From the NCBI GenBank assembly GCA_964587005.1, contig CAZPJW010000002.1, forward strand, positions 12,487 to 76,486: a stretch of 64,000 bases of DNA, written 5' to 3'. The stretch's first letter is position 1. Each line of letters begins with the position of its first letter. The DNA is from Candidatus Woesearchaeota archaeon. GTDB taxonomy: Archaea > Nanobdellota > Nanobdellia > SCGC-AAA011-G17 > PNOQ01. Made by a program: the position numbers and the translations under genes. Shown here piece after piece: positions 8,026 to 17,187 of the stretch. A model generated the notes under the pieces. The model ran no database searches and was not told the DNA's origin. It saw only the letters and a program-made list of their open reading frames with translations.

Positions 8026-8544
8026 TTATCTATAAATTGAAAATCTATCTTGTTCACACATAATTACCATTATTGACTTCTGATTCTTTTCTTTTAATGA
8101 TGCTAGTGTAATCAAATCTTGTTGGGAGGCTATGCAGTGTCTAAATGGGTGAGAATGGAGTAATATTAATGTGTCTTCTGAGCAGGGTTTGAAAGAAACG
8201 TGGTTGTATGTTTGCTCAATTATTTCTGGTTGGTAAATTTCATCAATTATATAATCTTCTTCTGTGGTGCCCTTAAGACATACAACCATTTCTACGGATA
8301 GATCTTTGTTATAATATTCTTGGAGTTCTTCGTATGTATCTCCAGTAAACATAACAGAAAAAGTATCTAATGTAATTGTTTTATTATTAGCCATCTGTGA
8401 TTCAGATAATGAAGCTATTATTGGAAAAATTGGATAACTTGCTAGTATATATGAAGTAATTAACAATAGCAAGAAAATTGCTAGAATAGCAATACTTATT
8501 TTCTTCCATTTTGAAGTTTCTTCAATTTCATAATCTTCGATCAT
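8026..8544 (-). CDS. membrane-anchored JAB/MPN (JAMM) metalloprotease domain protein
   Basis: 172 aa with an N-terminal TM helix. C-terminal E...HSHPFRHCIASQQD fits the JAMM signature E-x(n)-HxH-x7-S-x2-D. Confidence 0.55.
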   Translation of the reverse strand: MIEDYEIEETSKWKKISIAILAIFLLLLITSYILASYPIFPIIASLSESQMANNKTITLDTFSVMFTGDTYEELQEYYNKDLSVEMVVCLKGTTEEDYIIDEIYQPEIIEQTYNHVSFKPCSEDTLILLHSHPFRHCIASQQDLITLASLKEKNQKSIMVIMCEQDRFSIYR

Positions 8545-8610
8545 TTTTTAATTAAATCTCTTGCTCTTTTTAAAAGGTAAGTTTTTAAATTGTTTTATAA
8601 TTAAATTTAC

Positions 8611-9213
8611 ATGGATAGAAAGATAAAGCAGCTGAATGAATTAGATCGTCTGGGAAAATCAATAAGACTTGCAGCTGAAAAGTGGGGAACTCCTTGGAAA
8701 ACATTAATATCAATAATTTTGTCAGCTAGAACCAGAGATGAAACAACCATCGTTGTTGCTAAAAGGTTGTTTAAGGAATTTCCTAGTTTGATCAAACTCT
8801 CTAATTCAAAGTTGGTAGAGATTGAAAGGATTATAAAACCAATAAATTTCTATAAAAATAAATCAAAGAACATTCTAAATTGTGCTAAAAAATTGGTTAA
8901 TGAATATGATTCATGTGTTCCAATGGAATTTGAAGCATTATTAACACTCCCTGGTGTTGGGAGGAAAACAGCGAATGTATTCCTATCTGAGCATGGGGGA
9001 GCCAATATTGGCGTAGACACCCATGTTTTCTATATTTCTAAGCAACTGGGTTGGTGTAACGGAAAAACCCCAGATAAGGTTGAGGGTGAGCTGAAGGTGG
9101 CCTTCCATAAGCGATATTGGAGAAGATTAAACCCAACAATGGTCAGGTTTGGTAAAACATATACTAGTAGAAAAGAAAAGGATAAATTATTAGAGAAAAT
9201 CAAGAATTTATGA
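8611..9213 (+). CDS. nth: HhH-GPD DNA glycosylase (endonuclease III-like, no Fe-S cysteines)
   Basis: 200 aa with an LPGVGRKTANVFL helix-hairpin-helix. No Cys cluster at the C-terminus. Confidence 0.65.
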   Translation: MDRKIKQLNELDRLGKSIRLAAEKWGTPWKTLISIILSARTRDETTIVVAKRLFKEFPSLIKLSNSKLVEIERIIKPINFYKNKSKNILNCAKKLVNEYDSCVPMEFEALLTLPGVGRKTANVFLSEHGGANIGVDTHVFYISKQLGWCNGKTPDKVEGELKVAFHKRYWRRLNPTMVRFGKTYTSRKEKDKLLEKIKNL

Positions 9214-9331
9214 CTTGTTTGTGCTAAATTTGGGTTTACTTTTGAAGTAGTATCGGCTTACAAAATATAGGTAAAAATTGCTATAATGGACTTAGGGAAT
9301 ATATATAAATAAAATTCAATAAAGGGCATTA

Positions 9332-9439
9332 ATGAATAAAGAAATAAAGATTCTTAGAATAATGAAGGAAGAGGGTTGTGATTGGGAAGAGGCTCAAAAA
9401 AGAGAAATGGAAAGAAAGAACCTTAGCGAGTTTTTCTAA
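9332..9439 (+). CDS. possible small protein (35 aa)
   Basis: ATG at 9332 (MNKEIKILRIMKEEGCDWEEAQKREMERKNLSEFF) lying in an otherwise 220-bp gap. No similarity recognised. Confidence 0.15.
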   Translation: MNKEIKILRIMKEEGCDWEEAQKREMERKNLSEFF

Positions 9440-9840
9440 TTTAAATTTACAATTGGCAATTTTATATGTGGTGGCAAATTTACATCTTGGCTTAATGTTA
9501 ATGCCTTAATATTGCATCTTGCTAATATTGAATTGATTATTGGTGTTGATACTTCTTTTGAAAGCTTTTTATCTTTCTTCCAGGCCTTTGCTATGTCATC
9601 AATCTTTTTTGGTTCGTCCATGAATAGAAGATGGCCATTTATTTGAATTGCACCAATCTTTGGTTCATATGCTGCTTTAAACTCAAAATTAAATTTCAAA
9701 ATATCTTCTGAACTAGTTATGGAAAGCTTTTCTTGTTGAACATCAGTTATATTAACGTTGTTATTAATTTGTACTTTTCCAGTTATTTTATTGTCTTTTT
9801 TTGCTCCAAGTTTATCAAAGTTAAATCCTACTATTGGCAT
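9436..9840 (-). CDS. hypothetical protein
   Basis: 134 aa soluble ORF. Confidence 0.3.
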   Translation of the reverse strand: MPIVGFNFDKLGAKKDNKITGKVQINNNVNITDVQQEKLSITSSEDILKFNFEFKAAYEPKIGAIQINGHLLFMDEPKKIDDIAKAWKKDKKLSKEVSTPIINSILARCNIKALTLSQDVNLPPHIKLPIVNLN

Positions 9841-9886
9841 TTCGCATCACCTAGAATTAGGATCTTTGATTCATTTATAAGTGTTT

Positions 9887-11545
9887 CTACATTTCTTCAG
9901 GAGATTTTATTCCCAATAGGTATAGTCCTGAAGCCAATATTTGTTTTGTGCAGAAAACTAGAAGTAATCTTGCTTTTTGGAGTTTTTTGTCTTTTGTAAT
10001 ACAGGGATATTTGTGATAGTATTCATTAAATGCGTGGGAGAGTTTTAATAAATATTGTGCCAATATGCTTGGTTTATGTTGATCTGCGGCGTTCTTTATA
10101 ATATCGGGGAATTCTCCTAATTTTGAAATTAATGCTCTTTCTTTATCTTTGTTTAATAAATCAAAATTAATGTTACTAGTTATATCTACTTGTTTCTTTT
10201 TAAGAATTGATGCTGCCCTTGTGTGAGAATATTGTATGTATGGTCCAGTATCTCCTCTAAACGATATTGATTTTTTTATATCAAATACTATTTCTTTATT
10301 TGGGTCCGGAAGCAACATATCAAATCTTATTGCTGCAGAAAATATGTTTTTCTTGATGCTTTTTTGGTTTGTTTTAGATTTGTTTGTGTGTCTTTTTGTT
10401 ATTTCTTTTTCAAGTAACTGTGATAGTTTTCTTTTTAGTTCTTTGTATAAAATTATTTTGCCAGATCTTGAAGACATTCTGCCTTCTGGCAAATGAACAA
10501 GGCCATAGGATATATGATAACATTTTTTTGCTTGTTTGTAGCCATATAATTCAAGTAATTTGAAAAGTTGTTTAAAATGAAGTCTTTGTTCGTTTCCTAC
10601 TACATATAATGAACTGTCTAGTTTGTATTTTTTTATTCTGTCTATGGCCATGGACAAATCTTTTGTTAGGTACATTGCTGTCCCGTCTGTTCTTACCAAT
10701 ATTAGTGTGTGGAGATTATATTTGTCTAGATTTGCTACTATTGCTCCTTCGTCATGTTTGGCTACTTTTAATTTTAATAATTTAGTTACTATTTCTTTTC
10801 CAATTTTTGTGTATTCTGAATCATAGTAAAGTTTGTCAAATTTAACATCTAAATCTTGATAGATTTCATTGAAATGGGTTTCACTCCATTTTAGGCCTTG
10901 TTTAAAGAGTTTCGTGTACTTTTTATCTTTATTTTCTAGTTTTTGATGAATTATGCTAAATTCTTTTTCCTTATTTTTTGTAGCTGATTTTGAATAAATA
11001 TTGCCTAGCCATTCACCTAAATCATTATCTTTGGGTTTGGGAACTTTTAAATTCTCGAGTCCCCAAATACATTTTGCTACATGTTTTCCGGTATCATTAT
11101 AATAATTTACTGGAATAACTGTTTTACCTTGAAATCTTAATAACCTAGTTAAGCTTTCCCCAAGAACTGTATTTCTTAGGTGCCCGATATGGAACCCTTT
11201 AAATGGGTTGGGATTAGAAAATTCAATCATAACTTTTTCTTTTTTAGTATTTTTTCCGAAATTTTGTTTTTCTTTAAAGATTTGTTTTAGAATCATATCT
11301 TTTTTTATGAAAATATTAAGATATGGTCCATGTGATTCTAGTTTATCTATGAATTTTGGGAGTTTTAGTTTTTCTAAATCTTTTGCTATTGTTTGTGGTT
11401 GTTTTTTTAATTTTCTGGCAAGTATAAAACAAGGAAATGCATAATCACCCACATTCTTGGAAGGAGTACTTTTTAGAACTGTTTCATTAAATTTTTCATT
11501 TAGTTCTTTATTTAAGAATTGTATGATTTTTTTCTTGTAGTCCAT
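9887..11545 (-). CDS. argS: arginyl-tRNA synthetase
   Basis: 552 aa. HIGH motif (FHIGHLRNTVLGESL). Class I ArgRS architecture with a C-terminal anticodon-binding domain. Confidence 0.9.
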   Translation of the reverse strand: MDYKKKIIQFLNKELNEKFNETVLKSTPSKNVGDYAFPCFILARKLKKQPQTIAKDLEKLKLPKFIDKLESHGPYLNIFIKKDMILKQIFKEKQNFGKNTKKEKVMIEFSNPNPFKGFHIGHLRNTVLGESLTRLLRFQGKTVIPVNYYNDTGKHVAKCIWGLENLKVPKPKDNDLGEWLGNIYSKSATKNKEKEFSIIHQKLENKDKKYTKLFKQGLKWSETHFNEIYQDLDVKFDKLYYDSEYTKIGKEIVTKLLKLKVAKHDEGAIVANLDKYNLHTLILVRTDGTAMYLTKDLSMAIDRIKKYKLDSSLYVVGNEQRLHFKQLFKLLELYGYKQAKKCYHISYGLVHLPEGRMSSRSGKIILYKELKRKLSQLLEKEITKRHTNKSKTNQKSIKKNIFSAAIRFDMLLPDPNKEIVFDIKKSISFRGDTGPYIQYSHTRAASILKKKQVDITSNINFDLLNKDKERALISKLGEFPDIIKNAADQHKPSILAQYLLKLSHAFNEYYHKYPCITKDKKLQKARLLLVFCTKQILASGLYLLGIKSPEEM

Positions 11546-11555
11546 TAACGTTGTT

Positions 11556-13406
11556 TTATTTGAACTTCCTTAAGAAGTTTTTGTTTTTTTCTAAATCTAA
11601 TATATTTTCTAGAACTTGTTTAATATTGGTTACTGGTATTATTTTAATTTTTGATTTTTTGTTGTTTGGTAAAATTATGTCTTTTTCATTTGCTTTGGGG
11701 ATAATTACTCGTTTCAGGCCTGCTTCAATAGCTGCTTCTACTTTTGAGTTTACTCCTCCTACTGCCAAAACATCTCCTCTAACCGAAAGAGAGCCAGTCA
11801 TTGCAGTATCTTGTCTTATTGGAATTTTTTTCAGAGCCGAGATAATTGCTGTAGCTACGGCAATAGATGCAGAATCTCCTTCAACCCCCTCATGAGTTTG
11901 TAAAAATTGAACGTAAATATCATATTTTTCTTTGATATCTTCTCCAAAATACTTCATAATAATAGCTGAGACATTTTTTATTGCTTCTTTGGCAATGTTG
12001 CCTAATGATCCTGTTGCTATAAATTCGGCCTTTTTTCCTCCTGGTGTTACTTCTGATTCGATTGGAAGAATTAGTCCAGAAAAGTGAGGAGAATGTCCTA
12101 AAACTGCTAATCCGTTGACTCTTCCAATTAAAGAGCCTTTTGTTTTTATTATGTCATATTCTTTTTTAGTTTCTATATATTTGTCTGCTAGTTGCTGTTC
12201 TAGAGTTCTTGCATATATTCTAGCTTTTTTTATGTGTTCTGGCTCAACTAATTTTGAATTTGCTTCTATTGCTACATCCCCCGCTGCCCTTACTAATCCA
12301 CCTAAATCTCTTAAATGTAATGTTAATTTGTTTGATTTCCCTGATTTGATTTTTGATTCTTTTATGATTTCTTTTATTGCTTCTGAAGAAAAAGGAGGAA
12401 TTTTTTCATCTTTTTTTATTTCTTGAGCAATAAAAATAGCTATTTTTTTTCTGTTTTGAATGTTGTCATCCATTTCGTTGTTCATATATATTTCATAACC
12501 ATATCCCCTAATTCTTGATCGTAGGGCAGGATGCATATTTTTTATTGTTTCTAAATTTCCTGCGGCAACCAAAACAAAATCACATGGAACGGGTTCAGTT
12601 CTAACCATTGCTCCTGCAGATCTTTCTGATTGCCCGGTGATAGAATATCTTTTTTCTTGTAGTGCTGTCAATAATTCTTGTTGTGTTTCTGGTCTTAATG
12701 TGGCGATTTCATCAATAAATAAAACTCCCTTGTTTGCTCTATGTATCATCCCCGGAACTACTCTTTCATGGGCAGGTGTTCCTAAACCTCCTGACTGAAA
12801 TGGATCGTGTAATACATCTCCAAGTAAGGCACCAGCATGAGCACCGGTTGCATCAAAAAAAGGTGCCTTGTTTGTTTTTTTGTGATTTATAATTAATTTA
12901 GGTAATCCTTTTTCATTTGTTTTTATTTTTTTATTTACATTAAAAAAGATAACAAATATTGCTAAAAATATCATGGAACCTATTAATGATGCTGCTCCCA
13001 TAATATCACCATACTGATTCCTTATCCACCATGGGGAAAGTATTGCCAATATAAAAATTACTATAAATAAAATATTTTTTCCTTTTAGAGAAGTCATATG
13101 TTCTAATCTTAAATTTTTGATTAGATCATTTCCTTTACCTGGTGGAAATGTTTGTATTTTGGGGACATTTTCATCTTCTTGGTTATTTAAAGAAACAACA
13201 TCTTGAAGTGTTTCTTTTGGAAGTAATTCTGCCAGTGCTTGACCAAGCATGGATTTTCCTGTGCCTGGTTCACCTATTAACAAAACGTGCCGTCTTTGTC
13301 TGGATGCCTTTTCTATAATTTTGAGACCTTCGTCTTGACCTATTACTTGTTCTGAGAGTTTTTTTGGGACATTTATCTCTCTTGTTGATTTTATTATTTT
13401 AGGCAT
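11556..13406 (-). CDS. lonB: archaeal membrane-bound Lon protease (LonB)
   Basis: 616 aa. Walker [12 protein letters not shown] insertion inside the AAA+ module. C-terminal Ser-Lys protease domain. Confidence 0.9.
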   Translation of the reverse strand: MPKIIKSTREINVPKKLSEQVIGQDEGLKIIEKASRQRRHVLLIGEPGTGKSMLGQALAELLPKETLQDVVSLNNQEDENVPKIQTFPPGKGNDLIKNLRLEHMTSLKGKNILFIVIFILAILSPWWIRNQYGDIMGAASLIGSMIFLAIFVIFFNVNKKIKTNEKGLPKLIINHKKTNKAPFFDATGAHAGALLGDVLHDPFQSGGLGTPAHERVVPGMIHRANKGVLFIDEIATLRPETQQELLTALQEKRYSITGQSERSAGAMVRTEPVPCDFVLVAAGNLETIKNMHPALRSRIRGYGYEIYMNNEMDDNIQNRKKIAIFIAQEIKKDEKIPPFSSEAIKEIIKESKIKSGKSNKLTLHLRDLGGLVRAAGDVAIEANSKLVEPEHIKKARIYARTLEQQLADKYIETKKEYDIIKTKGSLIGRVNGLAVLGHSPHFSGLILPIESEVTPGGKKAEFIATGSLGNIAKEAIKNVSAIIMKYFGEDIKEKYDIYVQFLQTHEGVEGDSASIAVATAIISALKKIPIRQDTAMTGSLSVRGDVLAVGGVNSKVEAAIEAGLKRVIIPKANEKDIILPNNKKSKIKIIPVTNIKQVLENILDLEKNKNFLRKFK

Positions 13407-13429
13407 TTTAGAAAGGAAGAGGGTAAAAA

Positions 13430-13693
13430 TTAAATAATGTCTTCTTCAGCAACAACAATAAAATCTCCTATTGCTATAACTGCACTATATGGTATAAGTG
13501 GTTGACCACCGTCTGTTCTTTCTAGATCTAAACCGTTAGCTAAGGTAGTAGGATTCTTTAATTCTAATTGTAATAACTCCCCAGTTTTAGTTTCAAAATG
13601 AATATTACCCAAATCTCCAAATTTTTTTCCAGTTTTGCTTACTATGGTTTTACCAAGCAATTGTTTTGAATATCTTTTATCATTGTTTGCCAT
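13430..13693 (-). CDS. PRC-barrel domain protein
   Basis: 87 aa. Beta-rich, with a C-terminal IAIGDFIVV motif typical of PRC barrels. Confidence 0.45.
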   Translation of the reverse strand: MANNDKRYSKQLLGKTIVSKTGKKFGDLGNIHFETKTGELLQLELKNPTTLANGLDLERTDGGQPLIPYSAVIAIGDFIVVAEEDII

Positions 13694-13743
13694 TTTAATG
13701 GGCCTCCTAAATAAGGTAGTATCATATTCTTTATAAAATTTTC

Positions 13744-14055
13744 TTAACCATCATTTAACCTATCAACTATATTCTCCTTAATGTTCGAGAATAATTCCTT
13801 TATATTATCACCAATTTCCGATATTAATGGTTCTTTATTGATATTATGGACTATTGAAGCACCTGTTTGAACATATTCATTATCTGAATTCATTAATTCA
13901 TTTGTTGAAAGACTGCTAATAAGAGTAAATAATAATATTATTACTACAAAAAAAACCAAAACTAATCTTAATGTGGTTCTAGTGAATAAGTGCTTTGTCA
14001 TTTCTAATATGAAAAAACCAATTACAATAATTATTGTCAATAATATTGGATCCAT
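13744..14055 (-). CDS. small membrane protein
   Basis: 103 aa with an N-terminal TM segment. Confidence 0.3.
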   Translation of the reverse strand: MDPILLTIIIVIGFFILEMTKHLFTRTTLRLVLVFFVVIILLFTLISSLSTNELMNSDNEYVQTGASIVHNINKEPLISEIGDNIKELFSNIKENIVDRLNDG

Positions 14056-14106
14056 TCTTTAGTATTTTCTATTTTAATAATTTATAAATATTTGTATATT
14101 TTGTTA

Positions 14107-14437
14107 GGGGGTCCCACCCATGTTTCATGTGGAATATGTAATTTTCTGAAATAATTTGATATTTCATATGGAAGAAGTAATTTGTTGTAAGGTTTATAGA
14201 AGATAAATTGATTTTTTGTTATATTTTATATGGTTTGTTAGGTTATTAAATTTGGGTTAAATTAGCTATTTTATTCAACAATTTAAATTTTATTTTTAAA
14301 ATTAATTATTATATATTATTATATATTATATTATATATATTATATAGTGTTACTCTTAGAAAGTTTCTATAAGAAATGAAGGGTATATTTTGTTGAATTT
14401 TGAATTTTGTTTTTTCCATATGAAATAGAGGTCCGTG
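14107..14437. promoter_or_regulatory. putative replication origin (oriC): ORB-like elements in inverted orientation flanking an AT-rich unwinding element
   Basis: Three copies of a 12-bp element: TTTCATGTGGAA (14123-14134), TTTCATATGGAA (14162-14173), and its exact reverse complement TTCCATATGAAA (14414-14425). A C/G-string lies next to the first copy (14107-14120). A roughly 90% A+T core with (TA)n/ATTAT microrepeats sits at 14270-14345. The whole region is directly upstream of orc1/cdc6. Confidence 0.5.
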
Positions 14438-14493
14438 TCTCTAGTTTTTAGTATAATAATATTTATAATCAATATCCGATATAACTTATTTCT

Positions 14494-15702
14494 ATGGTTG
14501 ATTCAGATATAAATAATTTTTTTGAAGATTTTTTGAAGAAAGAAGGTTTGTTTAAGAATAAAAAAGTTTTACAATCTAGTTATACTCCCGATAATATCCC
14601 TCATAGAGAAAAGGAAATAAAAGAAATAGCTGGGATATTGGCACCTGCTTTGAGAGGCGAGAAGCCTTCTAATCTTTTTTTATATGGGAAAACAGGTACG
14701 GGGAAAACTCTTTCGGTCTTACATGTTGTTAATAAATTGAAAAAAATTGCTAAAGGAAAGAAAGTAGCAATTAAAATACATTACTTAAATTGTAAATTGA
14801 AAAAGGTGGCGGATACAGAATATCGTTTGATTGCTAATTTGGCAAGAAAGTTTGGTAAAGATGTACCCATTACAGGATTAGCTACAGATGAAATTTATAA
14901 GAGATTTATTGATGGTATTGATGAGGAAGATCAAAATATAGTTTTAGTTTTAGATGAAATAGACCAATTAGTCAAAAAGGCAGGAGATGAAATTTTATAT
15001 AATTTAACCAGACTTAATTCTGAGTTGGAAAAAACACAAATAACTTTTGTTGGCATATCAAATGATTTAAGATTTGCGAATGATTTAGATCCTAGAGTAA
15101 AATCTTCATTAACTGAAGAAGATATTAATTTTCCCTCTTATAACGCATTACAACTACAAGATATATTAAATGAAAGAGCGAAAAAAGCATTTAAAAAAGA
15201 AATCATTGAAGAAGGTGCTATTGAAAAATGTGCTGCTTTGGCTGCTAGGGAACATGGAGATGCAAGAAGGGCCCTTGATTTGTTGAGGGTGGCAGGAGAA
15301 TTAGCTGAGAGAAAGGGATTTGAAAAATTATTAATAAAACATATAGATGATGCTGAAGATAAAATTGAAAGGGATTTGATATCCGATGTTATTAGTACAT
15401 TACCTAAACAATCTCAATTAGTATTGCTCTCAACTTTTAATCTATATGGGAAGAATAACTCAAAAATATTTACCGGCGATGTTTATAATTTGTATAAAAA
15501 TATTTCATCCGACATTGGTTTAAAACCGTTAACTCAAAGAAGAATGTCAGATCTTATATCTGAATTGGATATGTTGGGGATAATTAATGCAAAAGTGATA
15601 AGTAAAGGTAGGTATGGTAGAACTAGAGAAATAAGTATGACCATACCTGATTCTGAAATTCCTGATTTGAAAGAGGGACTTAAGAAATGGTTGAATCTGT
15701 AA
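14494..15702 (+). CDS. orc1: Orc1/Cdc6 replication initiator
   Basis: 402 aa. AAA+ Walker A (LYGKTGTGKT), Walker B (VLDEID), and a C-terminal winged helix. Confidence 0.9.
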   Translation: MVDSDINNFFEDFLKKEGLFKNKKVLQSSYTPDNIPHREKEIKEIAGILAPALRGEKPSNLFLYGKTGTGKTLSVLHVVNKLKKIAKGKKVAIKIHYLNCKLKKVADTEYRLIANLARKFGKDVPITGLATDEIYKRFIDGIDEEDQNIVLVLDEIDQLVKKAGDEILYNLTRLNSELEKTQITFVGISNDLRFANDLDPRVKSSLTEEDINFPSYNALQLQDILNERAKKAFKKEIIEEGAIEKCAALAAREHGDARRALDLLRVAGELAERKGFEKLLIKHIDDAEDKIERDLISDVISTLPKQSQLVLLSTFNLYGKNNSKIFTGDVYNLYKNISSDIGLKPLTQRRMSDLISELDMLGIINAKVISKGRYGRTREISMTIPDSEIPDLKEGLKKWLNL

Positions 15703-17186
15703 AAGAAATTATAAAATTGTTTTTGGACAGAGGGTATTTAATAAATCCAGATTTTATTGGAAAGTCCGAGTTAGATATTGAAGTTTTTGAAAAATATTTA
15801 GAAAAAAACGAAACTGGTGAATTGTTGATGTTTAATGAATCTATGTTAAATTCTTTAATTGAAAGAAAAAAAGAAATAGAAGAAAGAACTCTGATTACTG
15901 AAACTTCAAATGAAGATGCTGGTTTTGTTAAGGTTGTTAAGAGTTATAATAAAAAACAAAAAAAGGTTGAAATACAAGATTTTGTGTTGCATTATCAAAA
16001 AAGATATGAATTGTTAAAAAAAATATTACAAAGTAGAGGAGATCTAATAGCACCTTTATCTATTTCTAGAATATTATCAAAAAGGAATAGAGAGAAAGTT
16101 TCTACTATTGGCATAGTTTATGAAAAAAACATCACAAAAAATAATAATATAATTTTGAATGTGGAGGATAACACGGGTAGCATAAGTGTTTTGATTAATA
16201 ACTCCAAGGATGAATTGTTCAAAAAAGCAAAAGATATTGTGTTGGATGAAGTTATTGGTTTAAGAGGAGTCAATGGAGATAAAATTGTTTTTGCAGATGA
16301 AATTTTTTTCCCAGATATTCCATTAAATGATAGTGTAAAGACTAGTCCCATAGAGAATTATCTTGCTATTATCTCGGATGTTCATGTAGGTTCTAGTTTA
16401 TTTTTGGAAAATGACTTTTTAAAATTCATAAATTGGCTTAATGGAAAAACTGGAAGTAAAGAACAAAGAGAAATAGCTAAAAAAGTAAAATATTTGTTTA
16501 TAGTTGGTGATTTGGTTGATGGTGTTGGGATATTTCCTAACCAAGAGTATGAGCAGGATTTACCAGATATATATTCTCAGTACAAGAAAAGTGCAGAATT
16601 GTTAGGTCAAATAAGAAAAGACTTGAGAATAATAATTTGCCCAGGGAATCATGATGCTGTAAGACTAGCAGAACCACAACCAGTTTTGGATCCAGAAATA
16701 GCTAAACCAATTTATGAGTTAGAGAATGTTGTAGTAGTTAGCAATCCGGCTGTAGTAAATATAGAAAAAAGTGAGGGGTTTCCAGGATTTGATGTATTGT
16801 TATATCATGGTTATAGTTATGATGACTATTCTGCAAATGTTGAAAGCATACGGTTTTCTGGAGCAACAATTTCAGATAGGACAAATATGGTTATGAAATT
16901 TTTATTACAAAAGAGACACTTGGCTCCTACGCATGGTTCAACTTTATTTATTCCTGATCCTGATGAAGATGACTTAGTTATTGATAGTGTCCCCGATTTT
17001 TTTGTTTCTGGTCACATTCATAAGGCCAATATTACCCAATATGGGAAAGTCACTAAAATTTCTGGTGGGTGTTGGGAATCTATAACCCCCTTTCAGATAA
17101 AAACTGGGCATAGTCCCGAACCAGGGAAAGTGCCTATTGTGAATTTAAAGACCAGGGCAACAAAAATATTAAAATTTTTGGACTAA
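15687..17186 (+). CDS. polB1: DNA polymerase II (PolD) small subunit DP1
   Basis: 499 aa. N-terminal OB domain and a calcineurin-like phosphoesterase domain (GDLVD, GNHD). Overlaps orc1 by 16 bp. Confidence 0.9.
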   Translation: MVESVKEIIKLFLDRGYLINPDFIGKSELDIEVFEKYLEKNETGELLMFNESMLNSLIERKKEIEERTLITETSNEDAGFVKVVKSYNKKQKKVEIQDFVLHYQKRYELLKKILQSRGDLIAPLSISRILSKRNREKVSTIGIVYEKNITKNNNIILNVEDNTGSISVLINNSKDELFKKAKDIVLDEVIGLRGVNGDKIVFADEIFFPDIPLNDSVKTSPIENYLAIISDVHVGSSLFLENDFLKFINWLNGKTGSKEQREIAKKVKYLFIVGDLVDGVGIFPNQEYEQDLPDIYSQYKKSAELLGQIRKDLRIIICPGNHDAVRLAEPQPVLDPEIAKPIYELENVVVVSNPAVVNIEKSEGFPGFDVLLYHGYSYDDYSANVESIRFSGATISDRTNMVMKFLLQKRHLAPTHGSTLFIPDPDEDDLVIDSVPDFFVSGHIHKANITQYGKVTKISGGCWESITPFQIKTGHSPEPGKVPIVNLKTRATKILKFLD

Positions 17187-17187
17187 A

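Noticed and set aside
11551-12426. ORFs 11551..11895 and 12115..12426 (plus strand) inside lonB
   Set aside because: Antisense to a confidently identified LonB. No motifs.
14270-14345. AT dinucleotide / ATTAT microrepeats considered as a CRISPR or satellite repeat
   Set aside because: No spacer-repeat periodicity. It is interpreted as the DNA-unwinding element of the origin.
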